From the NCBI GenBank assembly GCA_026770705.1, contig JANJGN010000189.1, positions 1-64,000 of the forward strand: DNA of 64,000 nucleotides, read 5' to 3'. The notes beneath the pieces are model-generated. The model was given only the letters and a program-made list of their open reading frames with translations, was not told the DNA's origin and made no database searches. The number at the start of each line of letters is the position of its first letter. Within the stretch, counting starts at the first letter, position 1. Made by a program: the position numbers and the translations under genes. Below, in pieces: positions 63,110-64,000 of this stretch. The stretch is from Isurus oxyrinchus (lineage: Eukaryota).

Positions 63110-63358
63110 TTTGTGTGTGTGTTTGCCTGTGTGTGAGTGAGTGTGTGTGTGTGTATGTGTGTATGTGTGTGTCTGTCTGTAAGTGTGTGAGCGTGTGTAT
63201 GTGTGTTTGTGTATGTGTGTGTGCGTGTGTGTGTGTGTGAGTGAGAGTGTGTGTGTGTGCGTGCCTGTGTGTCTCTGTGTATGTCTGTATGTATGTGTGT
63301 ATGTGTGTGTCTGTGTGTGTCTGTACGTGTGTGAATGTGTTTGTGAGAGAGAGAGAGC
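63110..63358 (+). repeat. (TG)n-rich microsatellite
   Basis: Directly visible in the sequence. Confidence 0.95.
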
Positions 63359-64000
63359 AAGCGCTTCACAGAGTGAAACCTCCCTGAGTGTGGCCGGTGT
63401 GTTTAACATTTAAGCCACACAGACAGGATGTGGTTAAAAGGTGAAACCACAAGGAGTGAGTGTGTTTCCCAGTGACTGTCTCTCTGTGGGTTTCCTGTGG
63501 GTTTCTGTGAACTGCCTGTGGTTTTAAAATAATCTTCCAACCCCACATGCGCGGCATCAAATAAGAATTTGGAAGCTGCAGCTCAAAGAGTAACTAGTCC
63601 CCCGAGAATTCACAGCCCCTCAAACACAGATTAACAGCATTAATCCTGACCGCCAGCCCACTCACTCTTTGCCTCTTGTCTCAGACACTAGAAAGTGGAA
63701 GTTAAGGCCGGATTTTCACTCCCGGGTCGGGGGTCACAGAGACGGCAGGAAAAAATAACAAAATATGTCTCGAGCACACAGAGCTCCAAGGGAAGGGTCG
63801 TGCTGCAGCTAAGGTGTGAGACATGGCACATTCCCCGGATGCAGCATTGAGGCTTGTATGTCTACACAGCTGATGTAGGTGCACATGGAACACATGTGAA
63901 TGAGCACTGTGATGCACACACACCCTGGAGAGTAATATCCCTCCATGCACTACATATCAGGCTAACATCAACTCATGTTGTCATTGCTGACTCACAGGGT

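Overview
Eukaryotic, repeat-rich genomic DNA, most likely from a cartilaginous fish (inferred only from the CR1, SINE and 33-bp satellite complement). The window holds a minus-strand tandem cluster of Siglec-like (sialic-acid-binding Ig-like lectin) genes that the ORF track largely misses because the exons are short and spliced. Gene A (about 30.3k to 10.25k) can be assembled as leader, V-set, C2, C2 and TM exons. Its single TM exon is followed by four tandem ~3-kb cassettes, each with an 82-nt juxtamembrane exon and a 249-nt terminal exon. The three proximal tails have a broken ITIM (FLYANP) plus an ITSM-like motif; the distal tail has an intact ITIM (LFYANI) plus an ITSM-like motif. Gene D (about 52.2k to 40.2k) has a nearly identical C2 domain but a different TM exon with a central Arg and a short, tyrosine-free predicted tail, making it a candidate activating partner. 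A third tail type with three YxN motifs lies at 54.2-55.1k near a third TM exon. Genes B and C are pseudogenes, and units E and F are fragments. The remainder is a 6.5-kb pyrimidine satellite, CR1 and other LINE fragments, Gypsy remnants and solo LTRs, a Harbinger-like MITE, minisatellites and three assembly gaps. Exon structures were read manually from splice signals and phases; there is no expression evidence.
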